From Polyangiales bacterium (lineage in GTDB: Bacteria; Myxococcota_A; Polyangia; Polyangiales; Houyiibacteriaceae), in assembly GCA_045106895.1 (NCBI GenBank), contig JBGCFM010000070.1:1-39642 (forward strand): a stretch of 39,642 nt of DNA, read 5' to 3'. The notes under the pieces were generated by a model. It did not search any database, was not told the DNA's origin, and worked only from the letters and a program-made list of their open reading frames with translations. Shown in pieces: positions 17,595 through 26,800 of this stretch. A program made the translations under genes and the position numbers. Each line of letters opens with the position of its first letter. Positions within the stretch are counted from its first letter, which is position 1.

Positions 17595-17602
17595 GGGTGA
17601 AC

Positions 17603-18334
17603 CTACGTCAGGTTGTGAAAGACCTGCTGGACGTCTTCGTCCTGCTCAAGCATATCCACCAGCTTCATGACCTCTTCGGCCTTCGCGTCATCCAGCTCCA
17701 CCATGTTCTGGGCGATGAACTCCGACGTGGTCGACGCGACCTGAATGTTCCGCTCTTCAAGAGCTGCCTGAAGCTTGCCGAAGTCCTGCATGGCACAGTG
17801 CAGAATAGTCCGGGGTTTGCCTTTCTCGTTTGTGCCCTCGCCCATCTCCTCGAGGCCAAAGTCGATCAGGTCGAGCTCAAGCTCTTCCATGTCGTGGTCC
17901 TTCAGCTGTTCTGGATCGATGCGAAAGACACCCAGGCGATCAAAGCCAAAGGAAACGGAGCCGCTGGTCCCAATGGTACCACCGCCCTTGTTGAAGCACA
18001 CCCGCACATTGGCGATGGTCCGTGTCGGGTTGTCCGTGGAAGACACCGCGAGGATCGCCACGCCGTGCGCGGCGTACCCCTCGTAGATGACCTCTTTGTA
18101 GTCCGCCGTGTCTTTGTTGTTCGCCCGCTTGATCGCGTAGGCGATCTTGTCCTTGGGCATGTTCACATCGCGCGCGTTCTGAATCGCTCGTCGCAGCGCG
18201 GGGTTGCCTCCTGGGTCCTCGCCGCCCTGCCGGACAGCCATGGTGATCTCTCGACCACAGCGCGCGAAGGCCTTGGACATTCGGTCCCACCGCTTAAACA
18301 TGGTGGCTTTACGTGTTTCGAAAATACGTCCCAT
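17603..18334 (-). CDS. yebC: YebC/PmpR family protein
   Basis: GG.DP..NPALR.AI..AR..NMPKD.I..AI, YEGY..HG, TDNPTRT, GSVSF.F, LEQDEDVQQVFHN; start MGRIFE at 18334. Confidence 0.93.
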   Translation of the reverse strand: MGRIFETRKATMFKRWDRMSKAFARCGREITMAVRQGGEDPGGNPALRRAIQNARDVNMPKDKIAYAIKRANNKDTADYKEVIYEGYAAHGVAILAVSSTDNPTRTIANVRVCFNKGGGTIGTSGSVSFGFDRLGVFRIDPEQLKDHDMEELELDLIDFGLEEMGEGTNEKGKPRTILHCAMQDFGKLQAALEERNIQVASTTSEFIAQNMVELDDAKAEEVMKLVDMLEQDEDVQQVFHNLT

Positions 18335-18408
18335 CGCTCGAAAGACTCCCATAGCGAGGGCGTCCGCGCCACGCGAAGATCTCTCTTTGTGGGGAGAAAC
18401 CTAAACGA

Positions 18409-18439
18409 GAAAACCCCAGCATGCGTCGCATACTGGGGC
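18409..18439 (-). terminator. Rho-independent terminator after the lipoprotein gene
   Basis: Minus strand CCCCAGTATGC-gac-GCATGCTGGGG followed by TTTT. Confidence 0.8.
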
Positions 18440-18477
18440 CCTCGAAGTGGAAGCGCCGAGAGGCGCTCATTGCCAGA

Positions 18478-19158
18478 TCAGATCTGGAAGTTGACCATCG
18501 GAAGTCGCTGACCGGGCATCAGCGCGTTCTGCCAGGTTCCGAGGATCTGGCCGCCGACGGCAACCGAAACCGTGAACTGGGTCTGCCCTGCGCGAGTGCT
18601 GCAGCCGCCGCCGTCCCAGTAGTGAACTTCAACCGCGTAAGGACCCTGAGGAGGCTGGTCCTGGTTCCAGTAGACGTTCTCCGTGTTGTAGGAACCCTGC
18701 TGGTAGCTCGCGCAGTTTCCGCGAGCGTCGTGGTCGAGGTGACCACCGGACGCCGCCTGTGGCGCCGAGTAGTTGATGGACGTTCCGGATGGGTCCGTGA
18801 CGTACATGTCGAGGTCCGCGCCGGTGGCCCAACCAAGAGTGATCTGGATGTTGCCGGACTGGTAGCCGCAGCCCTCGTCGATGATGCCGTTGCAGTTGTC
18901 GTCAAGACCGTTGCAGGCTTCCTGTGCACCCTGTGCGCAAGTCGCTTCGACCACCGTGACGCCGCTGCCCATCTGAGGCGTGCTCGCCTGGATGGTCACG
19001 TTCGCCGTTGGCGGCGGAGGCGTGTTGGCCCGAACCGTGACTCGAGCGCGAGGCGGACGCACGTTTGAGCGAACAACGCATGCTGTGGATCCAAGCATCG
19101 CGACTGTCGCAATTGCCCCGTAGGAAAGGGCTCCGTAAATAAGTTTTCTATTCATCAT
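18478..19158 (-). CDS. Lipoprotein with a Cys/Asp metal-binding (MopE-like) motif and a YfaP/DUF2135-like domain
   Basis: GGAGG SD; lipobox-like GSTAC; EACNGLDDNCNGIIDEGC; IQITLGW...DLDMYVTDP...LDHD...ENVYW...G.Y.V.VHY. Confidence 0.75.
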   Translation of the reverse strand: MMNRKLIYGALSYGAIATVAMLGSTACVVRSNVRPPRARVTVRANTPPPPTANVTIQASTPQMGSGVTVVEATCAQGAQEACNGLDDNCNGIIDEGCGYQSGNIQITLGWATGADLDMYVTDPSGTSINYSAPQAASGGHLDHDARGNCASYQQGSYNTENVYWNQDQPPQGPYAVEVHYWDGGGCSTRAGQTQFTVSVAVGGQILGTWQNALMPGQRLPMVNFQI

Positions 19159-19294
19159 GAGGCGAACCCCTCCTTGTGGGTTTTGATAACTCCAGGCCTG
19201 AGACGGGCCATCGGCGTTTGTGTTCATACCTTTTCGCACGCTTGGCGAAAACCCTGTTGTTGTTTTCCGACGTGCGTAATCGCTCTTTGTTCTT

Positions 19295-19642
19295 CTAACG
19301 ACGCTTTCCGCGGCGCTTCTTTGGGGGCTCCGGCTCGCCTCCGCCGAAGTCGATACTCCCAGATTTCAAACGATCTCGCGGGGTTACAGTACTTCCGATG
19401 CTGCCGAGGGCCACCATGAGAAAGATGAGCCCGCCAACCAAGATCGAAACGCCTACGAGGCGCTTATCGCCGAGGCCAAACCAGCACCCCGCCGCCGCAG
19501 CAGCCGTCAAAACGGGGATCGCCAGCATCAAACGTCGCTGTTTTTGCCCCGCGATGCGTGCGGCCTCTTCCGCCGCCTCACGAGCCGCGTTTTCGGCGGC
19601 TTTCTTCTCTTTCTTGCTCAGTTTCTTCTCTTTTGAAGCCAT
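19295..19642 (-). CDS. Small 2-TM hypothetical membrane protein with basic termini
   Basis: GAGGA SD immediately after the acyl-CoA dehydrogenase stop; two hydrophobic helices; Lys/Arg-rich ends. Confidence 0.7.
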   Translation of the reverse strand: MASKEKKLSKKEKKAAENAAREAAEEAARIAGQKQRRLMLAIPVLTAAAAAGCWFGLGDKRLVGVSILVGGLIFLMVALGSIGSTVTPRDRLKSGSIDFGGGEPEPPKKRRGKRR

Positions 19643-19651
19643 TTGTCTTCC

Positions 19652-20767
19652 TCAGGCGCTGAGCGCGCCCCGACTGATCACAACCCGCTGAACTTCGCTG
19701 GTGCCTTCGTAGATCATGGTCACCCGAGAGTCGCGGAGAGCGCGTTCCGCCCTGTTTCCGCGTGCTAGCGCTGCGTCTCCCATGAGATCGACGGCCTCGT
19801 TGCAGACCTTCCAAGCACACTCCGTCGCAAAAGCCTTCGCAATACTGGCCTCCTGGGAGAACGCCTGCTTGCTCTGCTTCAGGTGAGCAGCGTTGAGGAT
19901 GAGAAGACGCGCGGCGTCCAGTCGCGTGCGCATGTCGGCGATCCGCCAAAGCGCCCCCTGGTCTGGTGAACCTTTGGCCTTCAAGAATTCGCGCGCCTCT
20001 GAGAACGCCGACTCCGCAATGCCCAAGGCCTGGGAAGCCACGCCAATACGCCCTCCATCGAGAGCCATCATAGCGATGCGAAACCCGCCTCCGCGAGGAC
20101 CAAGGAGCGCGTCGCTGGGAACGCGCAGGTCGTCGAAGACGAGACCAACCGTGTGGCTGGCGCGGAGACCCATCTTGTCCTCGTGCTTGCCGACACTGAA
20201 GCCCGCGGCTCCGGGTTCCACGAGGAAACACGAAAGACCACGAGAGCCATCCCCGTCGGTCCGCGCCCAGATGATCACCGACGACGCTCTGTCGCCGTGG
20301 CTGATCCACTGCTTGTCGCCGTTGATAACCCACTCGTCGCCGTCGAGGACCGCCGTCGTGCGCATGCCGCCTGGGTCACTGCCGGCGCCGACCTCGCTCA
20401 ATGCGAAGGCTCCGAGGCCACCCTTCGCGAGCCGCGGACAATGACGGGCCTTTTGCGCGTCGCTGCCAAACGCGGCGATCACCTCGCCGACCATATTGGT
20501 CACGGCCATCGTCACCGCCGTGGAGGCGCAGCCCTCTCCGATCTCCATCATCGCCCGCGCATACGCACTCGTGCTCGCTCCGGAGCCGCCCAGCTCAGCT
20601 GGGTTGCATACGCTCATGAGGCCCCGAGCTCCGAGCTCTGTGAACACCTCAGCTGGGATGTCCTCATTCGCCTCGAACTCGGCGGCACGAGAAACGAGTG
20701 ACTGACGCGCGTATTCGCGCGCCCGTTGAGCGATCTGCTCGGTGATTTCGTCGTGCTCAAAGTTCAT
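19652..20767 (-). CDS. Acyl-CoA dehydrogenase
   Basis: FALSEVGAGSD, INGDKQWIS, KMGLRAS.T, LDGGRIGVA, IYEGTSEVQR; start MNFEHDE at 20767. Confidence 0.95.
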   Translation of the reverse strand: MNFEHDEITEQIAQRAREYARQSLVSRAAEFEANEDIPAEVFTELGARGLMSVCNPAELGGSGASTSAYARAMMEIGEGCASTAVTMAVTNMVGEVIAAFGSDAQKARHCPRLAKGGLGAFALSEVGAGSDPGGMRTTAVLDGDEWVINGDKQWISHGDRASSVIIWARTDGDGSRGLSCFLVEPGAAGFSVGKHEDKMGLRASHTVGLVFDDLRVPSDALLGPRGGGFRIAMMALDGGRIGVASQALGIAESAFSEAREFLKAKGSPDQGALWRIADMRTRLDAARLLILNAAHLKQSKQAFSQEASIAKAFATECAWKVCNEAVDLMGDAALARGNRAERALRDSRVTMIYEGTSEVQRVVISRGALSA

Positions 20768-20772
20768 AGTGT

Positions 20773-21483
20773 TCAGAGTTCGAAAGTAACCTTCGCTGGA
20801 TAGGAGCCTGGGTTCGGCATGGTCCATCCGGCAACCGCTTCCGTCACACAATCCAGTTGTTCTGCGCTGACCTGCTCCGCGGACGACGCTCCAGCGGCGA
20901 TGACGTCGCCTCCCGGCTCGATGTACACGGTGACGGCAAAGTCCCCGTCACAGCGCATCCGCGAGGACTGACGCTCGACGGAGTCGGCGACCCGTGAGGG
21001 ATCCCAGAACGTCGGGGGTCGAACGTCTTCGGGTGGGTCGAGCTCGATGGGGTAAGCAAACTCGGCCTCGCCGCCGTGTGGCTCGCTGAAGCGAATCGTC
21101 GCCGCCACATCGATGAGGCAACGCTCGGTTTCGCGGTCGCCAATGGTGCTCGCACGCGGGTAGACCCAGAGCACTGTCCCGTCTCGCGCGATGCGGAAGG
21201 CCATCTCGAAGTGTCCACCAAGAACCTCGACGTGGTCGTAGCGCTCGGTGAAACATCGGAGGAACCGGTTCATTTTCGGTTCGACGCCTCGCTGCACGGC
21301 CATCGACGAGATCGTTCCCATCAAACCTTGGACCTGGACGCTCTCGTTCGCTTGCGCCTCACGCTCGCGACCAGCCGTCGTTTCCGCGCTCTCCACCGTC
21401 GTGTGGCTCTCCTCCACGGTCTCGCCGCCACAGGCAGCCAGCATCAGGAGAACAAGGGGAGCGGATCGCGTGGACAGTTTCAT
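20773..21483 (-). CDS. Lipoprotein with tandem AgmX/PglI-type (TonB_C-like) domains
   Basis: Lipobox LAAC; RFLRCF...G.FEMAFRI..DG.V......STIGD...ERCL......RF.EP.GG...F.YP; second shorter copy ending CV.....W.MP.P....KVTF. Confidence 0.78.
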   Translation of the reverse strand: MKLSTRSAPLVLLMLAACGGETVEESHTTVESAETTAGREREAQANESVQVQGLMGTISSMAVQRGVEPKMNRFLRCFTERYDHVEVLGGHFEMAFRIARDGTVLWVYPRASTIGDRETERCLIDVAATIRFSEPHGGEAEFAYPIELDPPEDVRPPTFWDPSRVADSVERQSSRMRCDGDFAVTVYIEPGGDVIAAGASSAEQVSAEQLDCVTEAVAGWTMPNPGSYPAKVTFEL

Positions 21484-22643
21484 TAGGCTTCCTTCAGTGC
21501 GTTGGCGGCGATCACGACACGCATGATCTCGCTGGTGCCTTCGTAGATCTCTGTGATGCGTGCGTCGCGGTAGTGACGCTCCAGATCGTACTCTTTGGAG
21601 TAGCCGTAGCCGCCGAGGATCTGCAGTGATTGGTGCGTCACACGAGTCGACATCTCCGACGCGAAGAGCTTCGCCATGGCCGATTCCGTCGAGTGACGTC
21701 CGCCCTTACCCGCAACGGCCTGGTCCTTCATCCAAGCGGCGCGAAGAATGAGAGCCTCTGCGGCTGCGATCTCCATCGCCATGTCCGCGACCTTGAACTG
21801 AATCGCCTGGAGCTTCGCGAGGGGTTTTCCGAACGCCTTGCGCTCGTGTGTGTACGCGACGGCCTTTTCGTAGGCGGCGCGCGCAATTCCGAGGGCCTGC
21901 GCGGCGATTCCAATGCGTCCGCCGTCGAGGGTGCTCATGGCGACCTTGAAGCCGCCACCAACCTCACCGACGCGGTAGCGATCGGGAATGCGGCAGTCCT
22001 CGAAGAAGATGGTGCACGAGTGAGCAGCGTGGATGCCGAGCTTGTGGTCGGGCTTCTGAGGCTTGAAGCCCTCGGTTCCCTTAGGAACGATGAAAGCCGT
22101 GGTGCCGCGCGCGCCCTGGGAGCGGTCGGTGCAGCAGAAGACCAAGATCATGTCGGCCTGCGGCCCGTTGGTGATCCAGTTCTTGGAACCGTTGATGACC
22201 CACTCGTCGCCGTCCGGAACGGCGACGGTCTGCATGTCCGAGGCGTCTGAACCGCTGCTCGGCTCCGTCAGGCCAAAACAACCCAGCATGGCGCCGGAAG
22301 CGAGGGGGGTGAGGAACTCCTTCTTCTGCTCCTCATTCCCGAACTTAAGGAGCGGATCGCAAACGAGCGAGTTGTTCACGCTCATGATGACGCCGGTGGA
22401 TGCGCAGGCGCGGCTCACCTCGGCGATGGCGAGGGCGTAGCTCACGTTGTCGGAGCCGGCGCCTCCGTACTGCTCGGGGACAGCGACGCCCATAAGGCCT
22501 AGCTCCGCCATTCCGCGCACCAGTTCCGTCGGCCAGCGGCTCTCTTCGTCGAGCTCCCGGGCCTTGGGCTCCACGAGGCGCACCGCGAAGTCGCGGGCGG
22601 TTTGTTGGATGAGGGACTGCTCTTCGCTCAGGGTCAAATCCAT
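21483..22643 (-). CDS. Acyl-CoA dehydrogenase (short/branched-chain type)
   Basis: CFGLTEPSSGSD, INGSKNWITNG, KLGI, LDGGRIGIAAQALG, FGKPL..LQAIQF, LGGYGY, RDARITEIYEGTSEI. Confidence 0.97.
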   Translation of the reverse strand: MDLTLSEEQSLIQQTARDFAVRLVEPKARELDEESRWPTELVRGMAELGLMGVAVPEQYGGAGSDNVSYALAIAEVSRACASTGVIMSVNNSLVCDPLLKFGNEEQKKEFLTPLASGAMLGCFGLTEPSSGSDASDMQTVAVPDGDEWVINGSKNWITNGPQADMILVFCCTDRSQGARGTTAFIVPKGTEGFKPQKPDHKLGIHAAHSCTIFFEDCRIPDRYRVGEVGGGFKVAMSTLDGGRIGIAAQALGIARAAYEKAVAYTHERKAFGKPLAKLQAIQFKVADMAMEIAAAEALILRAAWMKDQAVAGKGGRHSTESAMAKLFASEMSTRVTHQSLQILGGYGYSKEYDLERHYRDARITEIYEGTSEIMRVVIAANALKEA

Positions 22644-22651
22644 GGTGCGCG

Positions 22652-22680
22652 AGATTGCACCGCCCTTTCCCCGGCGTCAA
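22652..22680 (-). promoter_or_regulatory. Sigma70-type promoter of the acyl-CoA dehydrogenase operon
   Basis: TTGACG (22680-22675), 17 nt spacer, CAATCT (22657-22652), 8 nt, ATG 22643. Confidence 0.6.
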
Positions 22681-22773
22681 TCCTCGGGTTTTTCCCCTAA
22701 GGAAACCCTAGTTTGGGGTGTTCTGCGGGATCTGCCCCTAGACGAAGGGGCCAAGGGTGACCATGTTGGCTCA

Positions 22774-23145
22774 ATGTCACTCCTAATTAGCTGGGTCACC
22801 CTCACCGTTTCGCTCTTCGCCGCGTCGAAGCTCCTCAAGGGTTTCACGATCAAAGGGGGTGTAGGTTCCCACCTCGGCGTCGCAGCTCTGTATGGGCTCA
22901 TGCTCTTCGCCTTCGGTTGGTGCATTCATGGACTTCTGATTCTGTTGTCCGCGGGCCTCGCTTTGCTGCCGCTTCTCTCTTTCGTCGCTCAACTAATGGT
23001 GGGTGCGATCCTTCTTCTGGTGACGGACAAGATGTCCAAGCGTCTAACCATCGACGGTTTTGGCACCGCGTTCATGGCTGCGCTTATCGGAGCGCTCACG
23101 TCCAACGCGGCCGTGTGGGCCTACGAGAACCTACTAGGACGCTGA
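22774..23145 (+). CDS. 4-TM membrane protein, YvlD/DUF360 ('phage holin superfamily IV') family
   Basis: LLISW....SL...SKLL.GF.IKG.......AAL.GL...L.L..LL......L.IDGFGTAFMAALI; start 22774. Confidence 0.75.
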   Translation: MSLLISWVTLTVSLFAASKLLKGFTIKGGVGSHLGVAALYGLMLFAFGWCIHGLLILLSAGLALLPLLSFVAQLMVGAILLLVTDKMSKRLTIDGFGTAFMAALIGALTSNAAVWAYENLLGR

Positions 23146-23892
23146 TTAGCGCGCTCGCTCGCCGCCATCCGCGGCGAGCACTTGGCCGGTCACGTAACTG
23201 GCCGCAGGCGAGCAAAGAAAGAGCGCTGGGCCCGCCATCTCTTCCGGCTTTGCCGATCGCCTCATGGGCACACGCGAGAGCAGCTTGCCCCGCACCTTGT
23301 CGCCAACGTCCGCCGTCATTTCGGTGTCGACGAAGCCGGGTGCGAGCCCATTGACGCGGATCTTGTCGCGGGCCCACTCGATGGCGAGCACGCGGACGGC
23401 GTGTGCGAGGGCAGCTTTGGCGGTCCCATACGCCAGAGTTCCAGGCTGACCACCAAGGCCCCAAACGCTCGTCACGAGCAGAATGGACCCGCCCTTCCCC
23501 GCGTTTCGCATCTGCTCTGCGGCTTGTTGGGCCCCGAAGATCGCGGCCTTCACGTGGATGTCGAACATGCGCTGGAGATCGCTCATCGTGAGCGATGACG
23601 CGGCCCCCGAGTGACTCGCGCCGGCACAAGCGACGAAGATGTCTAAGCCAGCGTCGCCGCCTGCCTCGTCCATGGCCGTCTTCAGCGCGTCGTGGTCCGT
23701 CACATCGCAAGGAAACGAACGACCACCGAGGGACTGTGCTTTTGCCTCACACGGTCCTGGTGAGCGAGCGACGATGCTCAGCTCCGCCCCCGCTCCGGCG
23801 AGTCCGTCGGCGATGGCGCCGCCGATACCGCGCGAGCCTCCCGTAACCATGGCGCGCTGACCCTGAAGAGAGAAGCTATCGAGAGTGCTCAT
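23146..23892 (-). CDS. Classical SDR oxidoreductase (FabG/gluconate 5-dehydrogenase-like)
   Basis: TGGSRGIG, YGTAK catalytic motif, IRVNGLAPGFVDTEMT, YVTGQVL..DGG. Confidence 0.93.
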   Translation of the reverse strand: MSTLDSFSLQGQRAMVTGGSRGIGGAIADGLAGAGAELSIVARSPGPCEAKAQSLGGRSFPCDVTDHDALKTAMDEAGGDAGLDIFVACAGASHSGAASSLTMSDLQRMFDIHVKAAIFGAQQAAEQMRNAGKGGSILLVTSVWGLGGQPGTLAYGTAKAALAHAVRVLAIEWARDKIRVNGLAPGFVDTEMTADVGDKVRGKLLSRVPMRRSAKPEEMAGPALFLCSPAASYVTGQVLAADGGERAR

Positions 23893-23895
23893 GTT

Positions 23896-26800
23896 TTACT
23901 CGCGTTCGAGAGCTCGGCGAGCGCGTGCGGCGAGTGGCCCGCTCGGCTCGGACTCCATGAAGTGCTCGTACGCGGCACGAGCGTCAGGTGTGTTGTGGCC
24001 CGCCAGCGCTTCACCGAGCCAGAAGAACGCCTCGATCGGCGCACCCACCAGCTCTGTCGCGGCTCGGAGAGCCTCTCGTGCATCGGCGCCGTCGTTCTTC
24101 TCAAGGGCGATACGACCCCGGAGCATCAGCAAGCGCGCGTGCACCGATGGAGCGCGCACCCGTCGTTCAAGCGCCTCCTCCGCGTCGTCGAGGTACGAGT
24201 CGGCGTCACGGAACTTCTCTCCACGAATAAGTACCTGCGCGTATCCGATGAGCGCCTCGGGGTGGTAGTCGTCAGTCTCAAGGACCTGGTCGTACATGTC
24301 CCCGGCGGCCCGTGATTCGCCGGCGGCGTAGAGCGCATCCGCGAAGAAAGCGCGTGTGTCCGTCGTAGCGTCGTCAGCTTCAGCGAGGGGACGCAGCGCC
24401 GCCACGGCATCGTCGGGGCGCCCGGCAGCAAGCGCGATACGCGCGGACACCTGGCGACCACTCGCGCCCTCCCGTGTTCGTTCCGGCAATGCGTCGAACT
24501 GCGTTTGTGCGTCGTCCATGCGATTCAAGCCAAGGAGCGCTTCGATGCGTCCAAGACGCGCCGCAACGCTCGGTCGCCCTCCCCGAGCCATCTCCGCGTA
24601 AAGCGTCTCGGCTTCGTCGTACTTGCCGCGGTCGAGGAGCACGTAGCCCAGCAGCAGCTTCGCTTGCTGGTTTCCAGGCCGGACCTCCATCGCGCGGCGG
24701 AGTGCAGCCTCGGCCGCTTCGCCATCCCCGGACATGCGGTGAGCTCGACCCAAAAGACCGAAGGCGTCTGGGTGATCGGGCGCAGCCGTGGTGACACGCG
24801 TCAACACCTCGATCGCCGTGTCCGCTTCGCTCTCCTCGAGGGCCGCCTCGGCAAGGGCGATGCCGGCGTCGATGTCATCGGGGTTGCTGCGGACCAGGCG
24901 TCGAGCGCTTCGGAGCGCTGAACGGGACTCTCCAAGGGCCGCGGACAATCGAATCTGAAGTGCACGAAGCGCGACGGACACGTCATCGTCTTCGCTCTCC
25001 TCAATGTGTGCATCGAGGGCGACCTTCGCAGCGGCCAAGGTCTCTTCGTTGCCCACACTCAGTGCAGCCTTGGCCGTGAGCACAAGAACATCCGGGTCTT
25101 CCATCGACATGGGCCCAAGCACCTGAAGCGCTCGGCCGCCATCCCGTCGTTCAACCAAGATCTCGGCCAGGAGTCGCCGGTACTCGGCCATCCCAGGGGC
25201 GCCTTCCACAGCCGAAGTGGCTGCACGCTGTGCACGACGCAGGTCTCCGAGCGACTGAGCCGCCCGGGCCACCAGCGCCAGAAGGCGAGGCTCCGTGGCT
25301 CCTGCTAGCGAAGCCGCTTCTGCCGACTCCGCAGCCTCCGCAGCATCACCCGCGCGACGCTGAAGTCGTGCACGCGTCAGGTGAAAGAGAACGTGATCCG
25401 TCGGCGCTCCATGCTCAAGACGCTCCTCCAACTCGTCGAGGCGGGCGAGATGAGGCTGTGCTTCGCCCTCGTCGGCCTGGAGGTACGCGAGCCAGAGCGC
25501 CGCTCGGAGGTGGTCCTCGCTTCGCGCGAGCACCGCCTGCACACGGGCGACCGCGTCTTCGGCTCTTCCTTCGTCCGCGCGTGCCTCGGCGAGCGCGAGG
25601 TGCACGGCGACGAGGTCTTCGCTGCCCTCCGCCGCCGCCTCCAAATGGCCCATCGCCTCTGGCTTCCCGAGACGCTGCTCAAGACGGCCAACAATGTAGA
25701 GGATGCGTGGGTCTGTACTCTCCGCGAGGGAGGTGAGCCCCTCAAGACCCGCGGCGTTGTCGCCTTCGGCAAACGCGATGACGGCGTTCGCTGCCTGGAC
25801 GAGCGCGATATCGCCTTGGCTCTCGCCGAGTTCCCCTTCATCGAGGCAGTCCGCATCGGCGTTTTGATCCGTCCCACGCGTGCACTCTCCGTCGCCGTCT
25901 TCGTCCTGGCGAAGGTCTTCGGCCCGCTGGAGCGCCGGGCGCACGAACCCGGCGTCAAAGGCGCCGCCCTCGAGCGCTCGTTGGACCAAGGCGAACACAA
26001 GGGTCTCGGCGATGTCGCTGTTGGCGGGGTCGATTCCGCGCGCCTCGCGGAGATGACGTTCCGCATCGACGAGGGCGGCGTGATCTCCACGGAGGCTTTC
26101 GACCCGTGCTTCTTCCACAAGCGCCGCAGCTTCGGCCTTCTGCGCTTCTACCCACTGCGTCCAGCCGTAGTAGCCTCCGCCGGCGAGGAGAAGCGCGATA
26201 ACCCAGACCACCCCAATCGTAAGACCGACTTTGGTTTTGGGGACCTTCGCTTCCGCCGCCGTGCTCCAAACAGACGGCGCATCGTCCGGCGGATGAAAGA
26301 GCCCATGGGCGTTCAGCGCGTCGAGGACCGCGTCGACATCTTCTGCTGCGCCGGAACGTTCGCCGCCACCCACATCGGCTTCGATGGGCGCGAGCATGGG
26401 CTCCGGCGTTGGAGGGGTCGACAGCGGAGCCGGCGGTGGTGGCGGAGCAGACGCCGGCGCTGGCGGCTGAGGCCGAGACATCGCCGGCGGTGGAGGCAGA
26501 CGGTCACTGGGTGACGCCGCTGCGCTCACCACCCCCGGTGCGCCCGGGAGCTCCAGGTCCATGGCAGCATCCATGGATGCTCTCTTTGGACCAGCCCCCG
26601 CTTCGCTAAACTCCACTCCCTTTTCGTCGTTCGAGAACGGGCTGGGAGCGCCAAGGCCATAGGAAGATGGGTGGCCGATAACCGGCGTCGGGAGGTCTTC
26701 TTCGTCGAAGATGCCATCCCCAAACGCTTCTGGCGGCGCTGGCTGTGGAGGTTTCGGCACAGCGGCGGGGGGCGGGAACACCGGCTTGGACGCGGCGGTG

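Noticed and set aside
19652..22643. Heteromeric alpha2beta2 acyl-CoA dehydrogenase pair (steroid-degradation type)
   Set aside because: Both proteins are near full length and keep the catalytic IYEGTSE motif and the FAD-binding (T/S)E...GSD motif
22774..23145. Prophage or lysis cassette suggested by the 'holin' family gene
   Set aside because: No endolysin, integrase or structural genes nearby; the YvlD/DUF360 family is commonly chromosomal
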